From Zancudomyces culisetae HAW-14-8 (taxonomy: Eukaryota; Fungi; Kickxellomycota), in contig JBNJNM010000023.1 in assembly GCA_052426225.1 (NCBI GenBank), positions 496,001-560,000 of the forward strand: a DNA stretch of 64,000 nucleotides, in the 5' to 3' direction. The notes under the pieces are model-generated. The model searched no databases, had not been told where the DNA came from, and worked only from the letters and a program-made list of their open reading frames with translations. A program made the position numbers and the translations under genes. Each line of letters opens with the position of its first letter. Positions within the stretch are counted from its first letter, which is position 1. This document shows positions 1 to 12,552 of this stretch, one piece after another.

Positions 1-669
1 GCTGGAAACACTGATGTAGTAAAAGTGCTTTTAGAAAACGGACTAAGTGTTAAAGATGATGTTTATGTTGTAAATGCACCAATCAGAACTAATAATCTTG
101 AATTAATCAAAGTATTATTACTACATGGCGCACAACTTCCTAAAAAGTCATACAGCTATCGTGAAGTTCCTAATTTGGACAGTATTGAAACATTGCAATT
201 AATATTGAGTTATAACCCTGAAATTCATGTGGTTGAGAGCTTACTTGAACTTTATCTTTTGAAAAACAATCTAGAGGCGGTTAATTTGATAATGAAGGAT
301 AGCACCTCATTAAATTATAGCTGCGACAATTATGTTCTTCATGCATGTAGCAACAATAATATGGATATCCTCAAACTGCTGTTTGAAAAGGGAGCAAAAA
401 TTAAAAAAGGTAGTGATAGTGGGGTGATTCAGGCTTGCAAAAACAATAATCTGGAAATGTTGAAACTCTTGTTTGAAAGAAACCCAAACTTGGTGCTAAA
501 AAAGAATTATGGGCTTAATGAGGCTATTGGGCATCAAAATGTGGATATAGTCAAGTTATTAATAAAACATGATGCTGATGTAAATGAGCATGTTGAGTCG
601 ATTGTGGAACTTGCGAAAAACCTTAATGATCGTGATTTGATTAACTACTGCCGGGTTAAAGAGGTGTGA
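1..669 (+). CDS. Ankyrin-repeat protein, 3' part (5' end outside window)
   Basis: Repeated ankyrin-like units: ACSNNNMDILKLLFEKGA, ACKNNNLEMLKLLFE, AIGHQNVDIVKLLIKHDADVN. The frame is open from the window edge (AGNTDVVKVLLENG). Confidence 0.85.
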   Translation, partial: AGNTDVVKVLLENGLSVKDDVYVVNAPIRTNNLELIKVLLLHGAQLPKKSYSYREVPNLDSIETLQLILSYNPEIHVVESLLELYLLKNNLEAVNLIMKDSTSLNYSCDNYVLHACSNNNMDILKLLFEKGAKIKKGSDSGVIQACKNNNLEMLKLLFERNPNLVLKKNYGLNEAIGHQNVDIVKLLIKHDADVNEHVESIVELAKNLNDRDLINYCRVKEV

Positions 670-1789
670 CTTTAGTGAACAATACAGCAATAATCGTGTA
701 ACCATAGCTAGTTAGAGTATAAACGAGTTTAACTGGTTGTGCTTAATCTCCTAGATGTATTTTGTTTGGTAGATAATTTAAATGGGTATTTCTTATTTTA
801 TATGTTACGTCTTTTCTAATTTTATAAATATATTTTAGAATGTTTTAGTACATTGCTAGATATTATTGATTAAAAAATATCGGTTTTGATATAGCTTTAC
901 TAAAAAAATCCAAAATGACATGGTAAATGGTTTAGAATATTTCACCATCTTAAAATTCTAGGATCAATTTTCCTCAAGGCGTTGACTTTTTGGTTAGTTT
1001 ATTCGCAAATGCTAGATAACAACTACTCGCAAATATAGACCTATATCTACTTTGTTTAAGGATTATTAAAAATTTTTTTATGAATATTGACAATACTCAC
1101 TTGGCTTGCTGGACTGATATTTTCTGAGCTTAAATATAATATAATGGAATCTTAAAACAAAAATTGATGCAGAAAAAGAATTATAGTTACTCTTATAGTT
1201 AATATATCAAGTTTTCATATATTTGAATTTAAATAAGATTTACTAGTAATTTTGGGTATTTACTATTTTAAATAGGTATTTTTTTTTAATGAAGATTGAT
1301 ATTAGTTGGATTTCCTAAAAGATAAACCAGTAAATAACCCATATCATTTATTAATCAACACCATTACTATTTGACACATATATCATTTTCTAGAATGTGT
1401 GATTGTTTATAATAACGTGTTGAGTATAGATCATTTTAATCTAGTAACTTTGTGCTGACTAATCTGATATAGTTGATTTTTTTGTTAAGCTCAATAAAAG
1501 ATGAAAGATAGCATCAATTTAAACAGTTTGAGGAAAGCCAATTATTAATCAATTTTATCTTTTGTCATTATTGTAAATACCACACAATTTCAAAGCGAAT
1601 CAGATAATGATTACCTCGATAAATAAATTAAACCAACCAACTAGAACTATAAAATTTTGAAAACTCAAATTATATTTTTTGACACCATTTCGATTCCAAT
1701 TATTTAGCCTTTAGAATATTACCAACATAAAAATATTTCTAAATCAGATCTTACATTCGAGAATTCAAGGGTAAAAACAAATTGGAAAA

Positions 1790-4700
1790 ATGAGAGAAAA
1801 GGAACAGGTTGAGAAAATCATAATAGGAATCAAGAGGGAAGAAAATAGCGACGAGGTTTTGGATCAAGTCGTGCAGGATCTGGTTGCGCGGCGAACACAG
1901 CTTTATGGATATGTTGAGAATCTGGGCGATTATTTGGTCAGCGAAGAGGCCAGCCAGCGGGTGATTGGAATGCGAGTGCTCTCAAGGATATTGACACATC
2001 TTAGTAACAACACACATGCGGGAGGTAGATTTTTGGATGATTCTAGAGCAACCCAGGTTTTGGCCGAGTTTTTTGGACAACGCTTGGCAGATTCAGTATG
2101 TGTGCCAATTGTTTTGGAGGCTATTCAGGCACTTCAACGACTAGAATGTGTTAATTTTGGAATACAAACAAAATTGTTAAAAGATGTCTTTGATAAAGTG
2201 GTGGTACAAAGCTACCAGCAAAGTAGCCGGCAATTGGTATATAAGGTATTTCTGCACTACCTGAGCAAGTTTAAAACCGATACGGAGAAAGTAAACAATA
2301 CAACATACACAAATAAAAAATTGAACAAAGACATTATTGGGCAGATACTTAGAGCTATGGAGGGGGAAAAAGATCCGCGGAATTTGATTCAAGTGTTTAA
2401 AATAATGAATATTATGGCAAGTATACCAGCAGCTCACTTTGGAGTGGAGCACAAAGATGAACTATTGGAGATATTTGATCAAGCGATGAGCTACTTTCCA
2501 ATATCGATCAAGAGTGATAACATCAGAAGTATAAATACCAATATGGGCAACTCAGGAATGGAGAATAAAGATGTGGAAAAAGAAGCAAATGAGGAAAATC
2601 AGCTAAAGGAAATGTTACGAAGTGTGTTTACAGCAAATAAAGAGTTTGGTGAATATATGATAATGGAAATCAGAGAAAAAATAGATGAAGGAGGAGTAAG
2701 TTCATTATTAAAGCAGAGTTATGGATACAGGGAGGAAATTTACAGGATTTTGATAGAAGGAGCCAGTATATATCGGTTTCGTGAATGGCAAAGTGCTGAA
2801 AAGAAATCTCAGATTATAGCTATAATAAAGGCTCTGGAAAGGGAAGTGTATGAAGGCCAAGCAGCTGAGGACGAAGGGCATGGTATAAACGATACAGGGC
2901 GTGGAAATGAAGCTGAAGGGGAAAGTGTGTTAAAGTATTGTGTGGATGCAATTAAAGCAGTCTTTGAAGAGCTTTCAAAAGTAAATGAAAATTCTAAAGA
3001 GCAAAAAATTAAAGATAAAAAGTACACCGAGGTAACTGAAGGAGAAAGTGACGAGGAGAGTGAAGAAGAGGTTGGAGCAGATGCTGGAATAGAGTATTTG
3101 GATGAGATTATAGAAACTGTGATGAAGAACATCGAAAACAAGACAGCAGAAAATATCCGAAAATCCAAAAGAATAATTAGAGCAATTGGAGAGTCGAGTG
3201 AGAGTTATCGCAACATAATCACAGATATAGTAATGAACGTTGCACTAGAAAAGTTGGAACATAAGGCAGCATCAGGTAAAACTGAGGGACTTGAAGGACC
3301 GGAGGAGTCGGTAGATCGCAGTATAATGGAGATAATCTTGATAGAGTTGGTAATAGAATTGCTCGAGATGAATAATTATGGAAGCGTAGTTGAGCCATAC
3401 GCTGAAAGGGTCAGAGTGGTATTGGATACAAGTAATTACAGCGATGTATCAATAAATCAAAGTAATGATGATGAAGAAAAAGTGCAAACTGTTCTAAAAG
3501 GTGTGGCTGCACTGATCATATTGAAAGATCGAATTAACGAGCATTCTGATGAGAGTATATACGAGAACGAGCAATTTTGGGGAGTTAAAACATTCAAAGA
3601 TATACTAAAATCTAAAATTTACATTCACAACCACACTAACAATAATAGAGATGTATCAGAGCTACAAAACACCTCTGCTGAATTACTAGTTAGATTACTC
3701 TGCCAAAGCAAAAGACTAGCAAAGCTAGTGCAAAACCAAATTATTGGAGCGATAATCAATGAAATTGAAAATGAAGTAGGTGAAAACAGTGCTAACATCC
3801 TTCAATTAATAGAAAAGATTACGCTAGTGCTACTCACAACGATCTTTATATCCATCCACAAACTTTCCACTTCTCCATCCTCGGCTACTTCTAAAAACCA
3901 ACCCAATAATACCTATCCAGGAATGCTAAAACAATTAAAAGCGATACTTTGGCAAATATTAAGCGGTTATACTTGTTGCATTAAATCACAAATATCAAAG
4001 CTAAAATATGACAAAAAGCTTCTAGGAATTGTTTCAAGCTTTCAAAATATAGTTAGTTCATTATTCACGTATGAAGGTGATAGCCAGATTAACGCAGAAC
4101 TGGACCTGTCGCCTACTTCAGTATCAGATACACTATTAATTCCCTTGGTTGAAGAAATGGTAACTAGCAACTTTGTCAACGTCTCTGAGGATAAGCAAGA
4201 ATTATCAGCACAAAACCCTTTGTTTGTATATGAGGAGATTGTATATGCCATTACAGACATAATTGCATTCGTCTTTTACAAGGCTGGGGAGCAACAGGTA
4301 CAACATCAGAAAAGTATACTGCAAAAGTACAAAAATATTTTAGCATCTAACCAATCAGTATTGGATACTGAAAGCTCAAACGAAAAGTCTGATACTACAG
4401 ATTTAATTAAAAACATTACCATACTTGCGGCTATGAGTGGAATAACCGAAGGTATAAACCCAAAAGTTTCAAGTGCTGAATTATTGAGTTTATATGAAAC
4501 TGTTGCTCCCAATCATGGCTCTCATAGTTTAGGTGATATTCTTGAACTTGAATCTAACTGTAGTCCAAACTCTGCAGGCTATTCATATATCAAATTCGTG
4601 AGTCTTTTAATACAAGTGATTGTTTTAAACTCTATCGAATCGAGTAACAGATCAGACTCAGATATGCAAGATTCAACCAAAATACTCAAATCTCTTTTAT

Positions 4701-5665
4701 GCAAGTCACTTTCCACTGTAGTAAACAAGTACTGTTGTAACACTTCTCAGATTAATAGCCATCAAGACGGGAATATTGATACTTGTGACTACACAAAACA
4801 GACATATGAAATTGTTTTAACTATTTTGGATAATAGCGATATTAAAAAAAAAGTAGCTTTACCAGTAGCCTTGTGTATTGCTCGTGCGTTTGTGATTGCT
4901 GGTAAAAACGAGTATGGCTATAAACTACTGGATTACATCATCAATACTACCAAATCTCACCTATCAACTATGTCCGAACCCCTGCACAAGCAAGAGTATA
5001 TGTTAGAAAGCTTGTTACTGGACAGCAAATCAAAGCGCCAGCAAACTTCAACGTTACCGCCTTCTGGATATTATTACAACATTCATCCACTTTACAAACA
5101 GCGCCTACTTCATTATCTTACAAGTTTGGTTGTACCAATTCAAGATTCAAAACTGTTTGGCTTACCAGAGACTTGGCTAGTGTCTGAGCTTATCAATCTT
5201 TGCAGTTCTAACCAGTTGAATTCTTCAATTCTTCTTTCTTGTAAATCTAAACTTGTTCTCGTCCTGCCTGCAGTGCTAATTTACTACAAAAACCACATTT
5301 CTCAGTCTTCATTTTCTCAGCCAATTGCAAAATCTACCAGTGGCTGGATCGATGATAACACTGCTGCCAATTCCATAAACTTACTAACATCTCTGCTACA
5401 CTTCAACTGTTTTGATAAGTCTGCTCTGCCTCCAATTCTCTCTGTTATTGAGTCCAACAATCCAAATGTTCAGCTGCGTCTCTCTGCCTTATCATACCTT
5501 CTTGAATTGTCCAACCACTCTTATATTGTCTCCACACTAGCCTCAACTTCCATTCCCCTGACCATCCAAAATGCGTTGGCTATTGCTATAACTGACCATA
5601 AACGCTGTGTTAGAAAACTTGCTATATACTGTCGTTTCAGATTCAACTCTCTGTTTTATTTTTAG
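1790..5665 (+). CDS. MMS19: MMS19/MET18 cytosolic Fe-S assembly targeting-complex HEAT-repeat protein
   Basis: 1291-aa intact ORF with the MMS19 N-terminal motif GEKDPRNL and SYFPI. C-terminal LYKQR and DHKRCVRKLA match the MMS19 C-terminal D-x-KR-x-VR pattern. Confidence 0.85.
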   Translation: MREKEQVEKIIIGIKREENSDEVLDQVVQDLVARRTQLYGYVENLGDYLVSEEASQRVIGMRVLSRILTHLSNNTHAGGRFLDDSRATQVLAEFFGQRLADSVCVPIVLEAIQALQRLECVNFGIQTKLLKDVFDKVVVQSYQQSSRQLVYKVFLHYLSKFKTDTEKVNNTTYTNKKLNKDIIGQILRAMEGEKDPRNLIQVFKIMNIMASIPAAHFGVEHKDELLEIFDQAMSYFPISIKSDNIRSINTNMGNSGMENKDVEKEANEENQLKEMLRSVFTANKEFGEYMIMEIREKIDEGGVSSLLKQSYGYREEIYRILIEGASIYRFREWQSAEKKSQIIAIIKALEREVYEGQAAEDEGHGINDTGRGNEAEGESVLKYCVDAIKAVFEELSKVNENSKEQKIKDKKYTEVTEGESDEESEEEVGADAGIEYLDEIIETVMKNIENKTAENIRKSKRIIRAIGESSESYRNIITDIVMNVALEKLEHKAASGKTEGLEGPEESVDRSIMEIILIELVIELLEMNNYGSVVEPYAERVRVVLDTSNYSDVSINQSNDDEEKVQTVLKGVAALIILKDRINEHSDESIYENEQFWGVKTFKDILKSKIYIHNHTNNNRDVSELQNTSAELLVRLLCQSKRLAKLVQNQIIGAIINEIENEVGENSANILQLIEKITLVLLTTIFISIHKLSTSPSSATSKNQPNNTYPGMLKQLKAILWQILSGYTCCIKSQISKLKYDKKLLGIVSSFQNIVSSLFTYEGDSQINAELDLSPTSVSDTLLIPLVEEMVTSNFVNVSEDKQELSAQNPLFVYEEIVYAITDIIAFVFYKAGEQQVQHQKSILQKYKNILASNQSVLDTESSNEKSDTTDLIKNITILAAMSGITEGINPKVSSAELLSLYETVAPNHGSHSLGDILELESNCSPNSAGYSYIKFVSLLIQVIVLNSIESSNRSDSDMQDSTKILKSLLCKSLSTVVNKYCCNTSQINSHQDGNIDTCDYTKQTYEIVLTILDNSDIKKKVALPVALCIARAFVIAGKNEYGYKLLDYIINTTKSHLSTMSEPLHKQEYMLESLLLDSKSKRQQTSTLPPSGYYYNIHPLYKQRLLHYLTSLVVPIQDSKLFGLPETWLVSELINLCSSNQLNSSILLSCKSKLVLVLPAVLIYYKNHISQSSFSQPIAKSTSGWIDDNTAANSINLLTSLLHFNCFDKSALPPILSVIESNNPNVQLRLSALSYLLELSNHSYIVSTLASTSIPLTIQNALAIAITDHKRCVRKLAIYCRFRFNSLFYF

Positions 5666-5732
5666 TGTTTAATCATATACTTTATTATGTTACTATCTAT
5701 ATTCATACACTTTTTAGTTAAATACACTAAAA

Positions 5733-7125
5733 CTAGTTGGCTATTGAACATGGTGGTGGAATTTCTGGTACTTCAAATAATCGAAACTCTTGCTGATTAT
5801 ATTTTTCAATATCGCTTTGACTGGGTTTGGCATTTGTATCTTGCTGCGTATTTGATAGTATGGGAATACAATTTGTATGCTGTTTTATTACTTCTGCACT
5901 CATTCCTTTATACAACCCATCAGCTCCACCCATCCCAGTTTGTGGTCCAACCCCACCAAATGCTGAACCCTGATTGTTTTTATTTCCAAATGCCCCTCCA
6001 AACCCACCGCTACCGCCACCACCAAAGCTGCTCCCAAAACTACTTCCAAATGCATTACCGCCAGCACCACCAGCACTATTGCCAAACCCAGTACTGGTTC
6101 CAAAACCACCTCCTCCACTGTTACCAAAAGTACTGCCAAAACCGGCACCATTGTTTGTCATCATATTCGAATCCATACTACTGTTTTTGTAGTTTTCCAA
6201 GTTTTCGGCCTGATATTTTCCTGAATTATAGTCATTCACAATCGCTGTCGTTCTTGTATTCAATATCTGATATTTTTCCTGCGCTCGACTGTTGTTTTCC
6301 TCAGCAAATTTCTGATACTCGGCATTTATCGTGTTATTGTTGTAATAACAATAAAAATAATATTGAAATCTGTCTTCTTCAAAAGAAACATCAGTCCCTC
6401 CAACTAAATTTGGAAACCGTGCTTTTGTCATATCATTCTCGCCAGTACTGGCTCCGCCTCTGGGTCCATAGCTTGTAAGTTTCCAATTCTGGATCTCCAA
6501 GAGATCGTTTCGGACTTGATCCACCCTATAATAGTTCATTCAGATTTATTTTCATTCCTAATCTCAAAAGTCATGACATTATCGAGATCACTTACGTTAA
6601 ACTTGCCGAGCTTCCAAAATTAGCAGCAGTCTCAACCCCATTCATCTCATTGGAAGTGCCAAATGTACTAACTGCTGAGCCAAATGCGCTACCACTTCCC
6701 CCACCAGCACCAAATGCTCCGCCTCCGCCTGCTCTTGCTCCAGCAGCACCAAATGCGCTGCTGGAACCAAACGCACTTCCACTTCCCGATCCAAAAACTT
6801 TGTTGCCTGTACCAAAACTACCACCGCCGCTAGTGCCAAACTTGACTCCTCCAGCATTCCCAGAACCAAACGCACTTTTCCCAAATACAGCATCGCCACG
6901 AAATGATCCAAAACCACCGCCACCGCCACCGCCACCAACTCCACTATTGCCAAATGTACTTTTTGTTCCAAATCCACTGTTGTTATTACTGCTTGTACCA
7001 AATCCACTGTTTCGATTTTGATTTTGATTATGATTTTGATTCCTATTTACATTTTGAACGTGCTCGTTTCGGCAATTCCTTCCGAATCTACAATTTCCTC
7101 TTAAAAAATATTCACACACAACCAT
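5733..7125 (-). CDS. NUP42: CCCH zinc-finger FG-nucleoporin (NUP42/AMO1/NUPL2 family), 2 exons: 7125-6596 and 6525-5733
   Basis: N-terminal CEYFLRGNCRFGRNCRNEH zinc finger, many FG repeats, WKLTSYGP motif and C-terminal FRLFEVPEIPPP. A 70-bp intron GTAAGT...TATAG (6595-6526) joins the two ORFs in frame. Confidence 0.85.
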
Positions 7126-7429
7126 TTTATTTATATTTATTTGCTAAATTCAATAATTCAAGAAAATAAAGTTTACTATGATGAATTTTTTCAACAAGTT
7201 TCACTTTTCCAGACACAATTATTTGTGTAAAATAATTTAGTATTTATAAATCGAAATTTCTTTTCTTGATTCTTGTTAATATTGATTAAACCAGAACCTT
7301 AAAATTGGGTATTAATTAAACATCTTCAAATCGTTTAATTAATCAAGAACCGGTAATGGTATGATAGAAATAACAGAATAATTGTATATAAACCATATAT
7401 AAACTGATATCCCCTATTTCCTGATGAAT

Positions 7430-10217
7430 CTTTACCTTCTTTTCTTTCGCTAGGTACTCAACCAGCTTATAAACGATACATAGTATTTATAAAAGTCATT
7501 AGTTAAATTTTCAATAATGAGTCAAAATGCAAACGTTACAGTTGAAGTTTTGCAACAGATTTTAGAGAGATTATCAGCTCTTGAAAAACAAACCGCACCA
7601 AATGATCACATGTCAGTATCAGAAATCAGTGATTCAGCAAAAATCACTGCTCCATCAATTGCTGATGCAGTCGACGATGATTCAGTTGAAAACTTCGTGG
7701 TTGCCAGACCAACACCATCAGACCTGGTCATGTATCCAAAACTGCAAAAGGCGCTACCAACAGTTGAACAGGATATCTTTTGGACACCACTGGTAGATGT
7801 CGAACGCAAGAAGTTTTACGCAGCCATCCCAAGAAACTCTGGCATGGATTATGAACCACCAGAGGAAAACATCAAGTTATCAGGTGACAATAAACGTACT
7901 GATGCGATGTTATACGACATCCAGTACCGTTTATCAGCCGTTACAAGACCTTTGGATTACTTTATACACGAAGCAATCCGTGACGGAGGTGCAGTCAGTG
8001 CCGAAAAGCTTGCAGTTTTTATCAACTCAATCAGAGTTTTACTTGTGGATGTTGCATCCAATATCACGCAACAAAGAATCAAACTGTCATACAAAGCCTC
8101 AGGAGTACCATCAGATCCTCCAGAAATGGCTTCAACATCAAGGAAGCCTCTCGTGGACATACAGCAGATGCTCGAAGTTAAAGCAGCTGCAAATACATTG
8201 CAGCGTGCAACAAAAAATGTGCAGCAGAGAAGACCAAGATTCAACGCAACCAGGACCTTCCCAAGCATTCCGTTTCAGCCATCAGTTAACCAGAATGTTC
8301 AAGCAGAGCCGCAGTAGATCCAACAACAACGACAACACAAATCCGCTGCTACTGGCGGTAATTTTCGGTTTGCAAACAGCAGCAAACACCGAAAGTAGGA
8401 GGGAGACTGAGGATGTTCCAGGAGGCTTGGATGCGCCTCACAGATCACAAATGGATACTCCAAGTGATCTCAGAAGGGTTCACAATCCTCCTCAAAACGC
8501 ATCCACCGACGGTCAAGCAGAAAAAACCGTTCGGTTACAACTTGAAAAAGCTTCCAGAAAAAGTGGTCGAACAGGAGATAGCAAACCTCCTGTCAAAGAA
8601 AGCAATAGAGGAAGCTTTATCCGCGCAGCCAGGGTTCTACTCAAATCCGTTTACAATCCCAAAGAAGAACGGAGGCACGCGGATGGTACTGAATTTAAGA
8701 CCGTTAAATCAGTACATCCCACAGCGACATTTCAAGATGGAGTCGCTCACAACTATCTCCAGAATGATCCGCAAAGGGGATTATATGACCAGCATAGACC
8801 TCAGCGATGCATTTCTACACGTATTGATCAACAAAACGTCCAGAAAGTATCTCAGGTTTACATGGGGCGGTCGCACCTACCAGTACAGGGTGCTCCCATT
8901 TGGTCTATCTTTAAGCCCACTAGTATTCACAAAAATACTAAAACCAGTACTGAAATGGGCCAGAGCTCGCGGGATACGAATGTCGAGCTACTTAGACAAT
9001 TTGTTAATCTTAGGATCAACAAAAACAGAGTGTCTAAAGTTCACAAACATGGTATCCAAGAAACTGGTGAAACTGGGATTCCTGATCAACCAGGAAAAGT
9101 CATCAATACATCCCAAACAATGTATTACGCATCTTGGGATGGACATCAACAGCCGTAAATGAGTTTCAAGATACCCAAACAGAAACTCAAAGATTTAGCG
9201 AGAGAGGCATCCAGGTTGATACACAAAGGGTGTACAACACTGAAGGATCTGGCATCATTCATTGGCAAAACACAGGCAGTGAATATAGCACTCAGACCGG
9301 GACGACTGATGAGCAGGAGGTTGTTAGAGCTCAAAAACAACACTCTGAAACGCACCACGGATTGGAGTTCACAAGTAACATTGAATCAGCCCGCACTGGA
9401 CAATCTGACGTGGTGGAGGGACCATCTGAAGCAATGGAATGGTCTATGTTTCCTCCCGGAGATCCCAGAGATAGAAGTATATACGGATCCGAGCGACAAT
9501 CACTGGGGGATAGTGATAGACAGCAACCAGTATACGGGGACATGGACACGACAACAGATGAAGCTCCCTATCAATGCAAAGGAATTATTAGCAATCCAGT
9601 ATGCAGTGAAGCTGCCACAGGTTCAGGGAAAGAGTTTTGTTGTATATTGCGACAACAATACATCAATCAGCTACATCAAGAAGCATGGGGGAACCAAATC
9701 AGTGAATCTGATGGACATTTCGGAAGCAATTTGGAAACATTGCATCAGCAATGGCACTCGGGTTCAAATTCAGTATGTGCCATCAATACTGAATCTAGCG
9801 GATGCACCATCACGTTTAACAGCACAAACAGAGTGGTCACTATCTGTCACGATTGCCACTAGGTACTATTGTTGCTTGATTATATTTTATTTAGGATAAG
9901 ATAATATTTTATCGCTAAGGATTTCATAGCGAAAAAACATTACTTTATATATTCAATAAATATTACTAATAAAAACATGTACTAATATTATAATTAACTA
10001 TTGTAAGATTAATGTTATAATTATAATTTTGGTTTTGTGTTAGTATCATTACTTAAGTAAATGATTAAAACAACAAAATGTTTCAATTAAAATAAGTGTT
10101 TTGAATCAGTATTGTAACAATACTAATTCAAAATCTTTTCGTGTCATATTCATGACACTATCAGACAAGATGTTTCAGAAGATACAGTAACAGTTCGGTC
10201 CACACGATGTGGACATG
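7430..10217 (+). mobile_element. DIRS1-like tyrosine-recombinase retrotransposon copy 1, decayed and 3'-truncated
   Basis: gag-like ORF 7517-8317. RT 8413-9162 has VGGRL upstream, LPFGL and YLDN in place of YLDD. RNase H 9159-9844 (YTDPS, INAKEL, YCDN, ADAPSR) follows a frameshift. The methyltransferase-domain start (FGPHDVDM) resumes at 10158-10217 after a solo LTR. Left boundary approximate. Confidence 0.9.
9845..10157. mobile_element. Solo LTR (313 bp) inserted in DIRS copy 1
   Basis: Starts TGTCACGA and ends TCATGACA. Flanked by 5-bp TSD CTATC (9840-9844, 10158-10162). The DIRS reading frame resumes after it. Confidence 0.9.
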
Positions 10218-10550
10218 TGTTTTAACTCACGTACCCCATATAACATCAATTTAACTTTTTTAATTAAGAACTCATATTATTAATATAATCATGTGTATAT
10301 ATATTATTTCCATGATGTTAATTATATTTAATATAATTTACATTTGAGAAATATTTAACTCTCATGTATATTACTCAAATTTTTTTAATTAAATATCTAG
10401 GAAAAGTATATAATGAACATAATTGTCATTATGTTACTTTAGTTTTTTAATCTTTTAAACTTTATTTAATAAAGATATTTTATTATTTCTAGAAGTGTTA
10501 TATATAATTATTTAAGTTAATATCTCTTAATTTAAATTTATAAAGTATTA

Positions 10551-10809
10551 CGTTATAACATCAACTTGAGAATCATGAAACAAAACAAGATCTTATTTAC
10601 TGAAATCGAAGTAAGAATATTTTTATCGATATATAAGGTCCTGTCACCTTTGTTTTAATCATGAAATTATAGCTGATGAAAAGAATTTAAACCCAACGAA
10701 ATTAGTTTTGGAAATAGTCAGAGAAAAATATATTCTTTAGTTTAATATAGTTAATATTTTTTTAAATCAGGTACTTTAATATTTAAAGAAAATAAATCTA
10801 GTTATATCA
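10551..10809. repeat. Degenerate LTR related to the solo LTR at 33835-34103
   Basis: Shared blocks such as AATCATGAAAC, ATCGAAGTAAGAA, CATGAAATT, GGAAAT(A/G)GTCAG and CTTTAGTTTAAT. No clean TSD seen. Confidence 0.75.
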
Positions 10810-11197
10810 TTTGTCTATCTGCTCTTTATGAAGATATGATGCTAAGTTCTTCTTCCCCTTTTTTGGTGCTGATATCGCCAAAGTCGTTGGTGGATATTAA
10901 TAAATGTTTGAAGTTTATATACTATTTTCATATTTTCTATTCTTTATTTAATAAGAATTGAGAATAAAATGTTCAATTCTTTGTAAAATAAACTGATTTA
11001 CCTCTCAAAAATAACATCCATCTTTATATATATAAAGGTAATTATAACGATATCTGTAATAAACTGATAATACTGATAACTTGATAATTAAACAGGGATT
11101 GATACAGATTTAGATAATTATACCCACTGTATCTAGATTAATATATTTCTACCAATTGCTTAAAATATATTTTATCTCTTCAATTTATTATTCTTAG

Positions 11198-11939
11198 TTT
11201 CTGAAGCTATCAGTAGCCAGCTGAATAAATCCTCTCCGGCATTTAGTGTCAACTTTTCACATCAAACTGGCTTGCTTAACAGGAGGAAGCCCTTGCTTTC
11301 TGAGAAATTCAGATCCACGCTCCAAAAAAAGTTTGTAGACTCCTTCCTTGAGTTAAAGGCCGAGATCGTAAGTTTTTCGCTATCTATGTATAGTCATTTG
11401 TGTCGCCTTTATATGCCGCATACACAACTTGTATTGATGTGGTATGTTTATTGAATTAAAATTAATCTATAAAATTTTCACACTATTTAAAGGATAACTT
11501 TTACGAGGGAAACATTCTTGAGCTACAAACAACCAAGCACGACAATCAATCAGTTTGTACTTCAGCAGCAGGCTACAAAAATAATTGCGTCCAATATGTA
11601 AATCCTAAGGCTTCGGAGTTGTCATTGATGTCGGAAGGTATCAGGTCTACTACTGATATGGATACAGACGGAAGTAATTCTAATAATAATACCTACTCTA
11701 CTTTTGGCTCCACCCTTGCATCCTCTGGCCCTCCGGTCAATCACTGTATAAAATGCGAATATTATCTATGCTCCATAAAGAGCCTACTAATTGACAATGA
11801 CTTTTACCGCGAAGATAATGAAAAATTGAAGCGGAGGCTTGAAAATGCAATCGAAGATCATAACAAACTGGTCGATATATTCGAAGATGAAACGAAACTG
11901 TTAATAGATCCAGGTATTCACTCAGTTGTCATGTCATAA
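11198..11939 (+). pseudogene. Possible 3' exons of an unidentified host gene or pseudogene
   Basis: Coding-like composition with a GTAAGT donor after AEI (~11368) and a short C-terminal coiled-coil-like ORF (11619-11939). I could not join the frames cleanly. Confidence 0.25.
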
Positions 11940-12552
11940 CGAAAAAACTACAAACTTTTCGGATCTGGTTTTTAATTTGCGATTTGAGCTCATTCAGGCA
12001 CTTCCAAGTACATGCCACATAGCTTACTGAATAGATTGACATCGTTCCTCCCCAAAAAACGGTGTTTAAAAGGCAGAAAGCCTTTTCTTTTTCCTTTGAA
12101 CTGACAGTGTTTTTATGGTACTATAGAAACACGATTCCTCCCTTTTTGGAGATGCATAAATGGGCTTTGAATAAAAAACACCCTCCCATTGTTGGCACGT
12201 TTTAGACATAGTTTATTACTAAAAACAGCACTCAAAACATTCATCATGTCAGCATTAAGGAATGTGGATACAAATGACTGAATACTTTGTAAACCGAATA
12301 TGAGGGAATAGTATCATTTTTATGGCAATGTAACAAACTTGTATTTCTTTTACTGATATTAAGCAAATCAAATCTTGATATATCTAGTAAAATAGATATA
12401 ATAAAAAAGAATATACCCCCCAATTCTACTAACCATCGACCAGATGCAAGTGAGATGCCCCAAAATAACGTTTATATTTTTGTGCTACCATCACCTACTC
12501 TTTTTGGGTACTTGTGATATAAAAAAGTGCTAGAAATAACTGGAAACGTTTT

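Noticed and set aside
1-669. Giant-virus origin of the ankyrin gene
   Set aside because: Ankyrin repeats alone are not diagnostic and no viral hallmark genes are present in the window.
5687-7021. Plus-strand ORFs including Pro-rich ones
   Set aside because: Antisense shadows of the FG-nucleoporin gene.
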